Below are positions 26,834-34,842 of a DNA stretch of 64,000 bases, in pieces. This stretch comes from Thermosphaera sp. GTDB taxonomy: Archaea; Thermoproteota; Thermoprotei_A; Sulfolobales; Desulfurococcaceae. The DNA is taken from the NCBI GenBank assembly GCA_038827615.1, contig JAWBNK010000001.1, positions 122,290-186,289 of the forward strand, read 5' to 3'. The notes under the pieces were generated by a model. That model was given only the letters and a program-made list of their open reading frames with translations, made no database searches and was not told the origin of the DNA. Each line of letters begins with the position of its first letter. The stretch's first letter is position 1. A program made the position numbers and the translations under genes.

Positions 26834-28873
26834 ATGGGTAAGGCGTCATCGCAGGCACCTCTTCTCGCGGCGCTCTTAATCCTTGCAGCTCCTCTCCTGT
26901 CCTTCGCCTGGCTTGGAGGGGTTGCTGGAGAGGCTCCGGCGGGCATTAGAGTAGTGTTGGATGACCACTTGTTTGCGACATACACGTTGGAGTCAAACCT
27001 TGTCTACGCCGGCGGCTCCTACCTGACCAGCCTCTTGAACATAACCCATGGATCCTTCATCGAGGGAAACATATACTTCGTGAGGATCAATGCTTCGACG
27101 GGGGAGCAGTCCAGGATCGTGTTAACCGACAACCTCGGGATAGACCACTTCACCCTCCCAGTCGGGGACAAGATAGCCCTGGCATACTCCAGGTTCGTCA
27201 GCACGGCTCAGAGGAGGGATTTGAACCTCACCATAATAGACCCTGCTGGAAACGAGGTGCTAGCCGATATACCGATAGAAGCCACTGCGAACCACGATGA
27301 ATACCCAGTCCTAGCCTACAACCCGAGGACCGGCACGATAGCAGTAGCATACTTCATAAGCCTGGGAACCACTAGAACCATAGCCGTCAAGCTGTTAGAC
27401 GCCTCAACCCTATCCATCACAGCATCATACCAGTTCCCCAACGCCACTCTAGACTACTCGAGGATAAGCTTCAATATCGCCCCGCTCGGAGCCGGCTTCA
27501 TACTGGTCTACCCCAACGAAACCGCAACCCCTGGAGAGGTCGACACGGTCGCAGTATACGTCGACGGAGCGGGAGCTCAGCCGATAACCGTAGACCCCAC
27601 CCCCGGCGCCAACGAAACCTTCGGCGAAGTCATCACAATGAGAGCCCCGAACTACGTTAGAACCGACACCCTATACTCGCCCTTCACCCCCCTGGTAATC
27701 GACGAGAACACAGTAGTCTTCACAGGATTCACATACAACTCCAACGGCACGAGAAGCGTCTTCACCCTCCAAGCAAAAATGGAGAACGGTCAACCAGTCA
27801 TATCCCAAGTCTTCCACGGCCTCGGACACTACCCATCAATAGCCCAGGGCTCCTCAACCATAGCGCTAGCCTACTCAGCCCCAGGCCCCGGCGGCTACGA
27901 CGCAGTGGTGAAAATACTGGACAAGCAAACCCTCCAGGAGATAGCGTGGCTAAACCTCAGCGCGATCGCCGGGACAGCTCCCCTCCCAGAGGGATTCGTT
28001 AAAACAGCCTACAGCCCCTCCGGATACTATCTAGTAGCCTGGAGCGTCCTCGGACCCGACTCAACCTACACTATAGTAGCAGCAGGGGTTAAGGAGTCGC
28101 CTCTCGCCTTCACGGGAACGGCAAGCATACCGACAACAGCCGGATTCAACGCCACGGCCCTGAGGATAGGAGTTGATGATTCGAACGGCTTCGCAATACT
28201 ATACAGAGAGTACAAGATCGCTACGAACGAGTCAGACACCTACCTGTACATGGGTAAGATCGGAGTAGACATACCCCCGATAACCGAGACCACAACAGTC
28301 ACGGAGACAACCACTACCACGCACACAACCACAGTCACCGCTACCGAGACCACTACAGTACCCACGACGACAACATACACTACAACCGAAACAACAACCA
28401 CGACCTACACTACGACTACAACAGCGACCGTGACCACCACGGAGACAACCACCGTGACCGAGACATCCACCACAACTACTACGGCCACCGTCACGGAAAC
28501 CACGACAATCCCGACAACCACCACCGTGACAGTCACCGAGACAACAACTTCAGTCATACCTACAACAACTACCGTGACAGAGACAGCTACTCAAGTAGTC
28601 ACGACAACCCAGACCACAGTCATACCCACGACCACAACGCTCACTCAAACACAAACCTCAACAGTAACCTTCACAATTACTCAGACAGCCACCATAACCA
28701 CAGAGATCCAAACTACGAGAACAATCACTGAGACGGAGACCACGACACAAACCACTACGAAGACGGAAACCCAGACCACGAGCATACTCGAGACGTCGTC
28801 GGGCGTGGCAGCAGCCGCAGCCGCACTACTCGCAGGAGTATTCGTGGGATGGCTCCTGAGGCGCTCGAGATAG
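26834..28873 (+). CDS. Secreted, C-terminally anchored surface protein with a Thr-rich stalk
   Basis: Signal-peptide-like MGKASSQAPLLAALLILAAPLLSFA; many N-x-S/T sequons; about 180-aa Thr/Glu/Val low-complexity region; C-terminal TM AAAALLAGVFVGWLL followed by RRSR. Confidence 0.7.
   Translation: MGKASSQAPLLAALLILAAPLLSFAWLGGVAGEAPAGIRVVLDDHLFATYTLESNLVYAGGSYLTSLLNITHGSFIEGNIYFVRINASTGEQSRIVLTDNLGIDHFTLPVGDKIALAYSRFVSTAQRRDLNLTIIDPAGNEVLADIPIEATANHDEYPVLAYNPRTGTIAVAYFISLGTTRTIAVKLLDASTLSITASYQFPNATLDYSRISFNIAPLGAGFILVYPNETATPGEVDTVAVYVDGAGAQPITVDPTPGANETFGEVITMRAPNYVRTDTLYSPFTPLVIDENTVVFTGFTYNSNGTRSVFTLQAKMENGQPVISQVFHGLGHYPSIAQGSSTIALAYSAPGPGGYDAVVKILDKQTLQEIAWLNLSAIAGTAPLPEGFVKTAYSPSGYYLVAWSVLGPDSTYTIVAAGVKESPLAFTGTASIPTTAGFNATALRIGVDDSNGFAILYREYKIATNESDTYLYMGKIGVDIPPITETTTVTETTTTTHTTTVTATETTTVPTTTTYTTTETTTTTYTTTTTATVTTTETTTVTETSTTTTTATVTETTTIPTTTTVTVTETTTSVIPTTTTVTETATQVVTTTQTTVIPTTTTLTQTQTSTVTFTITQTATITTEIQTTRTITETETTTQTTTKTETQTTSILETSSGVAAAAAALLAGVFVGWLLRRSR
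28262..28800 (+). repeat. Low-complexity Thr-codon-rich tract (ACC/ACA/ACG runs) encoding the TTTVTETTT-type stalk
   Basis: Direct reading of sequence and translation. Confidence 0.85.
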
Positions 28874-28874
28874 C

Positions 28875-28883
28875 TTTCTTTTT
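28875..28883 (+). terminator. Oligo-T tract immediately after the surface-protein stop
   Basis: TTTCTTTTT starts 2 nt after the TAG; archaeal termination typically occurs at oligo-T. Confidence 0.4.
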
Positions 28884-29248
28884 AAAAACCCTCCTCCACC
28901 ATTAGAGCACTTATTGCGGAACAGCTCAATGCCTTCTCAACCATCCACAATATCGAGCACCAAACAGAATGGCCCTCCTGCTTGAAAAGCTCGGTGGCAA
29001 ATAAGTGCTGACGCCTCTCTCCTCCCCCGCACGACCGGCTTAAGGAACAAGACGAGGCACAGCTCCCGGGGTGCACGACCCCGCAGGATACGATTTTTAT
29101 ACATGGTAGCGCACGTTGGAGGCAACAGAGGGGAGTAAACAGGGGTGCTCTCATGCTTGAGACTACGGTAATAATCATCCTTTCAGTACTGTCAATAATT
29201 CTCTTGTATTTCCACTTGCAACTAAGGTAACGTGTTGAGGTGAAAGCC

Positions 29249-29677
29249 ATGGAACTGGCTCACGAGATCTTGAGGCGGAGGAAGCGCGAAATCAGACGCG
29301 ACGCTATCGCTAGATGTCAGCACACGAATCTGGGAAGGATAGGGGAGCATCTCTCTCCACTCGCTATCTTCCTAAACTACGGAGTCGACTTAAAGGACCT
29401 CAGGTTCATTGGATCACCGATCGACTACGTAGCCTTCAAAGGCTACTCCGGCGGAAAAACAGAAGAGATCATATTCATTGAAGTGAAGAGCGGAAGTTCG
29501 GGGGATCTAGAGGAAAAGCAGAAGCAAGTTAAGGAGGCTGTGGAGTCTTGTAGGATAGAGTGGCTGGCAATACACTTACCAACCGAGATAGAGAATTTGA
29601 AGCGAGCTCCGTCCCAGAGGCAAGAAAACACGGTTCTAAAATACCTGTGCGTCTCCACCAGATGCTTGATTAGCTGA
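29249..29677 (+). CDS. Small PD-(D/E)XK nuclease, Holliday-junction-resolvase-related family
   Basis: Core GSPIDYVAF...EEIIFIEVKSGSS (D...ExK). SD GAGGTGA at 29237-29243 favours the ATG at 29249 (ORF track GTG 29240). Confidence 0.6.
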   Translation: MELAHEILRRRKREIRRDAIARCQHTNLGRIGEHLSPLAIFLNYGVDLKDLRFIGSPIDYVAFKGYSGGKTEEIIFIEVKSGSSGDLEEKQKQVKEAVESCRIEWLAIHLPTEIENLKRAPSQRQENTVLKYLCVSTRCLIS

Positions 29678-29773
29678 CGCGTGCTCCTCAACCAGCACGC
29701 CATGAGCGGTTCGGATAGACCAGCCTCCGGCTGAAGATTTATTAGGGCTTGCTCATAGTGTTACTGGTTTAGA

Positions 29774-29849
29774 GGGCCCGTCGTCTAGCTTGGTTTAGGA
29801 CGCCGCCCTGACACGGCGGAGGTCCGGGGTTCAAGTCCCCGCGGGCCCA
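29774..29849 (+). tRNA. tRNA-Val(GAC)
   Basis: GGGCCCG-TC-GTCT..GGAC-G-CCGCC-CTGACAC-GGCGG-AGGTC-CGGGG-TTCAAGT-CCCCG-CGGGCCC-A folds as a canonical cloverleaf; no intron and no encoded CCA. Confidence 0.92.
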
Positions 29850-30017
29850 TCCTCCACAGTATAAGATAGTTTGAAAATCTCTGGCTTGTGGCATAGAGTT
29901 TAGAAAAAGGACACCTATTTATTGACTTTAGACGTGTCATCAATACATTATCTACGTGAAAGATTTTTACAAATGTCATTCATGCATAATTTACGAAAAC
30001 TCTATGATGGTTTTTTG

Positions 30018-31217
30018 TTATTCTTGCAGGTGTGTTGTGATCTCGTCTATGTAGTTTTTAACGAGCTGGTGGTGGCGGGCTCTCTCGCTGAAGTATTTGA
30101 CCGCCTGGTCGAGCTCACCCCTGTACCTCCGCACGTCCCTCAGCGTGCCGACGGGGACGATCCTTTTCAAATCCCCCTTAACCCTCCTCTCGCGTTCGAG
30201 AACCGCCTTATCCGCCTCGTCCGCGGGGAGGTCGAACAGCAGCTGCCGCAGCGTATAGCCATCCACCGCGGCCTCGTCGAGCCCGTAGAGGCGTGTTCCC
30301 GAGAGCTCCTCCGCGGCCCTGAGCGCGTTCAGCAGTATCGAGCGGGCGGGGGCGGTTAGGAAGCCCAGCCTGCTGTACCCCGTGGTCTTGGCGGCCCTCA
30401 TGCTGGGCATGTCGCTTATCCACCTGTACATTAATCTAAAAGCCTCATAATACATTAGATCGCTGCCAGCCAGGTAGTTGCCGAGCTGGTGCTTCACCAG
30501 GGTGCAGTGCCAGCAGCCATACCTCGCCTTGACCGCGCCCTCCCCGTATAGCTTGAACAGCGGCTTAATATCGATATCCCCGTTCCAGTTCCGCAGGTAG
30601 TTCCACACGTCCTGCTCGCTCCAATCCCTTATCGGGAAGGCTTTAGCCGCGGCCCCGTGGTTCATTAAGTAGTATGAGGAGCATCTGCCAGCGCTCAGGG
30701 GGCAGAACCCCGAGCTAACGCTGCTCAGCCGCCTGGCCCTCGCGGAGGACTCCTCATCCCTGTGGCCCAGCAGTACTACAGAGCCCTCCCGCTCAACTAT
30801 CTTCAAGGCGGGCTTCCTCTTCAACAGGTAAACGCACCACCTGAAGCTGAACGAGGGAGCGGGGTAGCCCCTGATGAACAGCCTCCAGTAGAACGTGTCC
30901 TCGGGCGGGGGCGCTACTATTTTAAACCCCGCGTTCACGCCCAGGGCCCGCAGCCTCTCCACATAGTTTTCCATGAACCTCCTAGTCCACTCCCTCATCG
31001 GCGGGATTTCGCTCAGAGTGTCGCTGTTCACAAGCATTATATTGGCATCGGCCGCGCCCATCCTCTCCCGCAGCCAGTCATATAATAGGAGAGAAACTGT
31101 TGTCGAATCCTTACCGCCAGAGTAGGCGACGAACACCCTCCTAGACCGCCTAAGCACTTCGTCGAAAACCCTGAACGACCCAGCCGCCAACAACACCCTC
31201 AAAACCCACCACTCCAA
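30018..31217 (-). CDS. DndC-like PP-loop ATP pyrophosphatase (PAPS-reductase superfamily)
   Basis: SGGKDS PP-loop; FIRGYPAPSFSFRWC; HRDEESSARA; FPIRDWSEQDVWNYL; RYGCWHCT (DndC-type GCWxCT); TTG start. Confidence 0.75.
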   Translation of the reverse strand: MEWWVLRVLLAAGSFRVFDEVLRRSRRVFVAYSGGKDSTTVSLLLYDWLRERMGAADANIMLVNSDTLSEIPPMREWTRRFMENYVERLRALGVNAGFKIVAPPPEDTFYWRLFIRGYPAPSFSFRWCVYLLKRKPALKIVEREGSVVLLGHRDEESSARARRLSSVSSGFCPLSAGRCSSYYLMNHGAAAKAFPIRDWSEQDVWNYLRNWNGDIDIKPLFKLYGEGAVKARYGCWHCTLVKHQLGNYLAGSDLMYYEAFRLMYRWISDMPSMRAAKTTGYSRLGFLTAPARSILLNALRAAEELSGTRLYGLDEAAVDGYTLRQLLFDLPADEADKAVLERERRVKGDLKRIVPVGTLRDVRRYRGELDQAVKYFSERARHHQLVKNYIDEITTHLQE

Positions 31218-31291
31218 TCAATACCTATGGTTGAAGAGCACCTGCTCTTCAATAAATTCCAGTTTATATATAAAAGCTGAGCATATATAGA
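31218..31291. promoter_or_regulatory. Shared divergent promoter spacer between the DndC-like gene and the nuclease-helicase pair
   Basis: AT-rich with TTTATATATAAAAG and GCATATATAG TATA-like boxes directly upstream of the + strand gene. Confidence 0.45.
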
Positions 31292-33265
31292 TTGAGGGAA
31301 TACGTCTTGCCCCACTCTTATCTCGGCGAACTTATAGACCGTGAATTCAAAAACAAAACTTCTCCCCAAGATTACCAGAAGATTGAGATGGCTAGGGAGG
31401 TTCTTCGTGAGACTCTGACCAAAACAGCTCACGTCCCAGTTGTCACGAGCGTGGCAATAGGCGCGGCCCACTGCTCTTTCAAGGCGAAATTAATTGAGGC
31501 GATAGGAGTTATTAAAGACCAATACGTATTCAAGGATAAAATAATGGGAGAAGGATCAAACCTCCATAAGATATTAGCGATAGCTTCTCTTCTGTACTTC
31601 AACAAAGGTCTTTCGATAACGCAAAGCATTAGAGAGGCAATAAATGATGTGAAACAACATCTAACTTCTAGAAGTGGTTTAAACGAGGAGAGGCTGACTA
31701 ATGATGCAGTAAAATTGTTTGAAACTTTAATAAAAAATCTTCAAATTTTTGAGAAAAACTTAGATGTTAGGGAAGGTCAACTAAAACCGGTAGTTGAGCA
31801 AACACTCATAGATTTCGATGTACATCTTAGGGGAATCCCGGATCTCATCTTGGAAGATAGGAAGGCTCGGAAAGCGGTGGTCGTAGAGTGGAAAACGGGA
31901 GGTAGCGACACTCCTTCAAATTATGAAAGGGCCCAGGTGATTGCCTACGCCATCTTGGAGGCAAGGAGATTGGGATATTCTATTGAGGAACTTGAAAGAG
32001 TAATTATTGGTACCCTAGACGATACGGGGCGTGTTAAAGAATATTCAATTCTACCGGTCATCATTAGGGCTACTACCAAGGGCGAATTGTATCCTCATCC
32101 GGCTTTGGCACCTCAAGATAAGGTTAAGGAGAGATTCGAAGAGTTTAAAAATCTGCTTCGGAAAATCCTTATAGAGGCTGAACATCTCACCGTCCTTTTG
32201 ACTCATCAAAAGAGTTTAACAGGAGTGAACCCAGATGTTCTAAAAATCCCCCTTCCAAATAATCCAGACATTAAAGTCAACATCTTGAGATATACGCCTC
32301 CAATCCTTCCTAGAGGGACACCTAAAACCCAGGATTCTTGGCCCTGCGTAAGCAAGAAGAAAAAACCGATTTGCGAGTATATAGAGCCGTGTAAGTTCTA
32401 CTTTGGCAGGTTTGGGGAGAAAGAGGATTATGAAAGAATTCTATGGGATCTCAGATTCGAGGCCCTGAATTATAGGGAAAAGATGCTCTCAGTATACAGA
32501 GGTCTCCACGATTTCTTTAAATTCTATGTTTTCTTTAAAAACTTTGATGTAGACAAAATAATCGGTGAATTGAGTGATTCGGACGGATCTAAATGTATGG
32601 GAATCATAGTTGATTTGGCCCGACCATACGAGGAGAAAATCTCTTCCAAATATGGGAAAAGACGATTATGCAAAGATATTATCATACTGAGAGACAAACA
32701 AGAGTTATTTAATGGAAGGGTGGATATTGTGGAAAAGATAGAGATAGGTGAAGATGGAGAAATAGTTTATGTGAAGAGAAGGATAGCCAAATATGAAAAA
32801 GATAGTGAGCATGGATTTATGCCCAGAGTTGTGAGAGAAGGATCTCCAATACTGATATCCCTCATGGACTCATGGAGTCCCTTATTAAGCACGAGCATTT
32901 TCGGGAGGGTGGATAATGTAAGGTACATAGGAGACAACATCGAGTATCAGATAGGTTTTCCCAGTAGACTCCTAGAGTTGCAGAAGAATCTTCTCAAGCA
33001 CTATGTTGAGAGAAGCCTCGAAGGCAGATTTTTAATGGCAGAGATTAACGTTGACCTAACCAAAGCCGATCTAGAGACTATAGATGCTCTTCAAAGATCA
33101 TTGAAAAGTAAAAGTAGAGAATTACCGACAGAAGAGGCCAAATTGCATTCTATGGAAGATCGCGTTCTCGAGAAACAAAAGAGAAAGCTACGAAGTGAGT
33201 ATGGAGATATCGATGCTACTTTCGATAGCATTTTAAGAAAAGTATTATCCAGGAAGAAGGGGTGA
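31292..33265 (+). CDS. Cas4/AddB/Dna2-type Fe-S PD-(D/E)XK nuclease domain fused to an uncharacterised C-terminal region
   Basis: GIPDLILED...AVVVEWKTGG...YERAQVIAYAIL (D, ExK, QxxxY); one upstream Cys (AAHCSF) and a downstream CVSKKKKPICEYIEPC (C-x9-C-x5-C); about 290 aa of C-terminal sequence without a recognised motif. Confidence 0.65.
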   Translation: MREYVLPHSYLGELIDREFKNKTSPQDYQKIEMAREVLRETLTKTAHVPVVTSVAIGAAHCSFKAKLIEAIGVIKDQYVFKDKIMGEGSNLHKILAIASLLYFNKGLSITQSIREAINDVKQHLTSRSGLNEERLTNDAVKLFETLIKNLQIFEKNLDVREGQLKPVVEQTLIDFDVHLRGIPDLILEDRKARKAVVVEWKTGGSDTPSNYERAQVIAYAILEARRLGYSIEELERVIIGTLDDTGRVKEYSILPVIIRATTKGELYPHPALAPQDKVKERFEEFKNLLRKILIEAEHLTVLLTHQKSLTGVNPDVLKIPLPNNPDIKVNILRYTPPILPRGTPKTQDSWPCVSKKKKPICEYIEPCKFYFGRFGEKEDYERILWDLRFEALNYREKMLSVYRGLHDFFKFYVFFKNFDVDKIIGELSDSDGSKCMGIIVDLARPYEEKISSKYGKRRLCKDIIILRDKQELFNGRVDIVEKIEIGEDGEIVYVKRRIAKYEKDSEHGFMPRVVREGSPILISLMDSWSPLLSTSIFGRVDNVRYIGDNIEYQIGFPSRLLELQKNLLKHYVERSLEGRFLMAEINVDLTKADLETIDALQRSLKSKSRELPTEEAKLHSMEDRVLEKQKRKLRSEYGDIDATFDSILRKVLSRKKG

Positions 33266-33270
33266 CAGAT

Positions 33271-34842
33271 ATGGTTTTCAACGTGGAAAAGATAGTTGAT
33301 TTCGAGCTAGAACAACCTTTCTCGTCTCCCTCGACGGAAGGGATTGAAAACATATTAGGTTTCATCACCGACAAAATCAAAAGTGATAACATAGGAGTAG
33401 TTCAGGGCCCACCCGGCACTAGAAAAACCTTTTCTATATTTACAAGTATCGAAAAAGTTTTTGATAACCTCGACGAAAACGAATTAATAATCTACGTTGC
33501 ACCCACTAATGCGCTTGTTGCCCAGGGGTTGCAATACGCTGTCAGAGCTTTACGTTGGAAAGGCCTCACCCAGAGAGAGGTGAAAAGCGAGATTCTGAGG
33601 TCGGTAAGGGTTTATGGATCACAATTTGAATTACCGGGAACTTATAAAAAACTCAGAGATAAAGTGGATGCAGAAACGAGGATTGTGCTGACTACACCGT
33701 ATCAGATACCTTCGATTGAGGAGAAGGACTTCTTCCACATAATGGTGGATGAGGCAAGTAGAATGAAATTACATGAAGCCTTCATGGAAATTAGAAGAAA
33801 AATTGTGGAAAAAATATCAAACGGGGAAGGGCTTGAAGGTTCAATGATCGTGGTAGGCGATCCCATGCAAGCGATCGTTCTTCCAGAACACTATAGGGAG
33901 ATTGAAAAACTTAGAAAGGAGAGATTACTCCTCGAAAGCCTTCTTGAGGGGCTTTTAACAATTAGCGGAGTAGATACACGTGAGTTAGAGAGCTCGGATT
34001 TAACTAGGGAAGCTCTTCAACGAATTAGAGGAAAATGGTTCGAGTTCATTGAAGTGACTTTTAGATTGCCACAACCGACGGAGAGACCGATTAGTATGGG
34101 CTTTTACGATGGAAAACTTACGGCAAAATTCTCTTTTGAAGAGAGATTAAAAGAGTTAGAAATATCCCCGGGCAACTCTCCATTAAAATTTGGAGATGAA
34201 ACGCTCGATAAGTTAAGTGAGAGCGTATTTGAGTGCCTGAGCACTCACATTCCCTTACTGGTCATAGAGCCAACTGAGAGTGATTGGATGGATGAAGAGT
34301 ACGGTATTCTTAACGAGCCTCATAGAGCAAAAATAGCAGGGGCTCTCAGCGTGGTACTGAGTTCGTACGGTTTTAGGACCACCGTTGTAACAGCTTACAA
34401 GGACCAGGCTTTTCACATTAAGATGTTCACTGAGGAAAAATACCGAAACTATTTAAACAATATCAAGGAGAGAGTCGACTTCATAAACGTTCACAGGATA
34501 TTGGGCGGAGAAAATCAAGCAATAGTCGCTGTACTGGGGAAGGAGTATGCAACACGGCATGAAGATAGACAAACAGTTTACTTCCAAGAGCCGGAACTCC
34601 TTAACGTTCAGCTAAGCAGGCATAAGGCGTTCTTGGCCATAGTCGGAGATCTAAGGAGGTTGTACAGGAGTGCCACGTCGTTAGATCAACGTGAGCGAAC
34701 AAAGAGGTATAGACCAATAATTGAGACCGCAAGAGAGATTTTAGAATTAACGAACGTTGAAGAGAATGAAATCGAGAGAGCTAAACGCGGTAGGGAAAAA
34801 TACGAAGGAGATGAAGGTCTCTACATAAGATGGAAAATATGA
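33271..34842 (+). CDS. SF1B helicase, Upf1/Dna2-like
   Basis: Walker A GPPGTRKT, Walker B IMVDEASRM, VVGDPMQ (motif III), TAYKDQ, VHRILGGENQAIV (motif V), LNVQLSRHKAFLAIVG (motif VI). SD GGGGTGA overlaps the upstream stop codon (ORF track GTG start at 33262). Confidence 0.8.
   Translation: MVFNVEKIVDFELEQPFSSPSTEGIENILGFITDKIKSDNIGVVQGPPGTRKTFSIFTSIEKVFDNLDENELIIYVAPTNALVAQGLQYAVRALRWKGLTQREVKSEILRSVRVYGSQFELPGTYKKLRDKVDAETRIVLTTPYQIPSIEEKDFFHIMVDEASRMKLHEAFMEIRRKIVEKISNGEGLEGSMIVVGDPMQAIVLPEHYREIEKLRKERLLLESLLEGLLTISGVDTRELESSDLTREALQRIRGKWFEFIEVTFRLPQPTERPISMGFYDGKLTAKFSFEERLKELEISPGNSPLKFGDETLDKLSESVFECLSTHIPLLVIEPTESDWMDEEYGILNEPHRAKIAGALSVVLSSYGFRTTVVTAYKDQAFHIKMFTEEKYRNYLNNIKERVDFINVHRILGGENQAIVAVLGKEYATRHEDRQTVYFQEPELLNVQLSRHKAFLAIVGDLRRLYRSATSLDQRERTKRYRPIIETAREILELTNVEENEIERAKRGREKYEGDEGLYIRWKI

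Noticed and set aside
27195-27225. GGATTTGAACC on the + strand (reverse complement resembles a tRNA T-arm GGTTCAAATCC)
   Set aside because: It lies inside the surface-protein CDS (codes RRDLNL). No acceptor or D-arm partners are present on the minus strand.
29100-29215. Minus-strand ATGATTA ... ATGAGA ... string as a C/D sRNA
   Set aside because: Both D-type boxes are missing (CAAG and ACTC instead of CUGA).
28874-29239. 365-bp gap examined for a structured RNA (RNase P- or SRP-like fragments such as CGGCTTA and GTAAAC) and for the 122-aa minus ORF 28882-29250
   Set aside because: The conserved RNase P and SRP blocks are absent or in the wrong order. The minus ORF is Cys/Ser-rich with no motif, has no start context, and overlaps the nuclease gene start. 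It is left unassigned apart from the micro-ORF noted in the findings.
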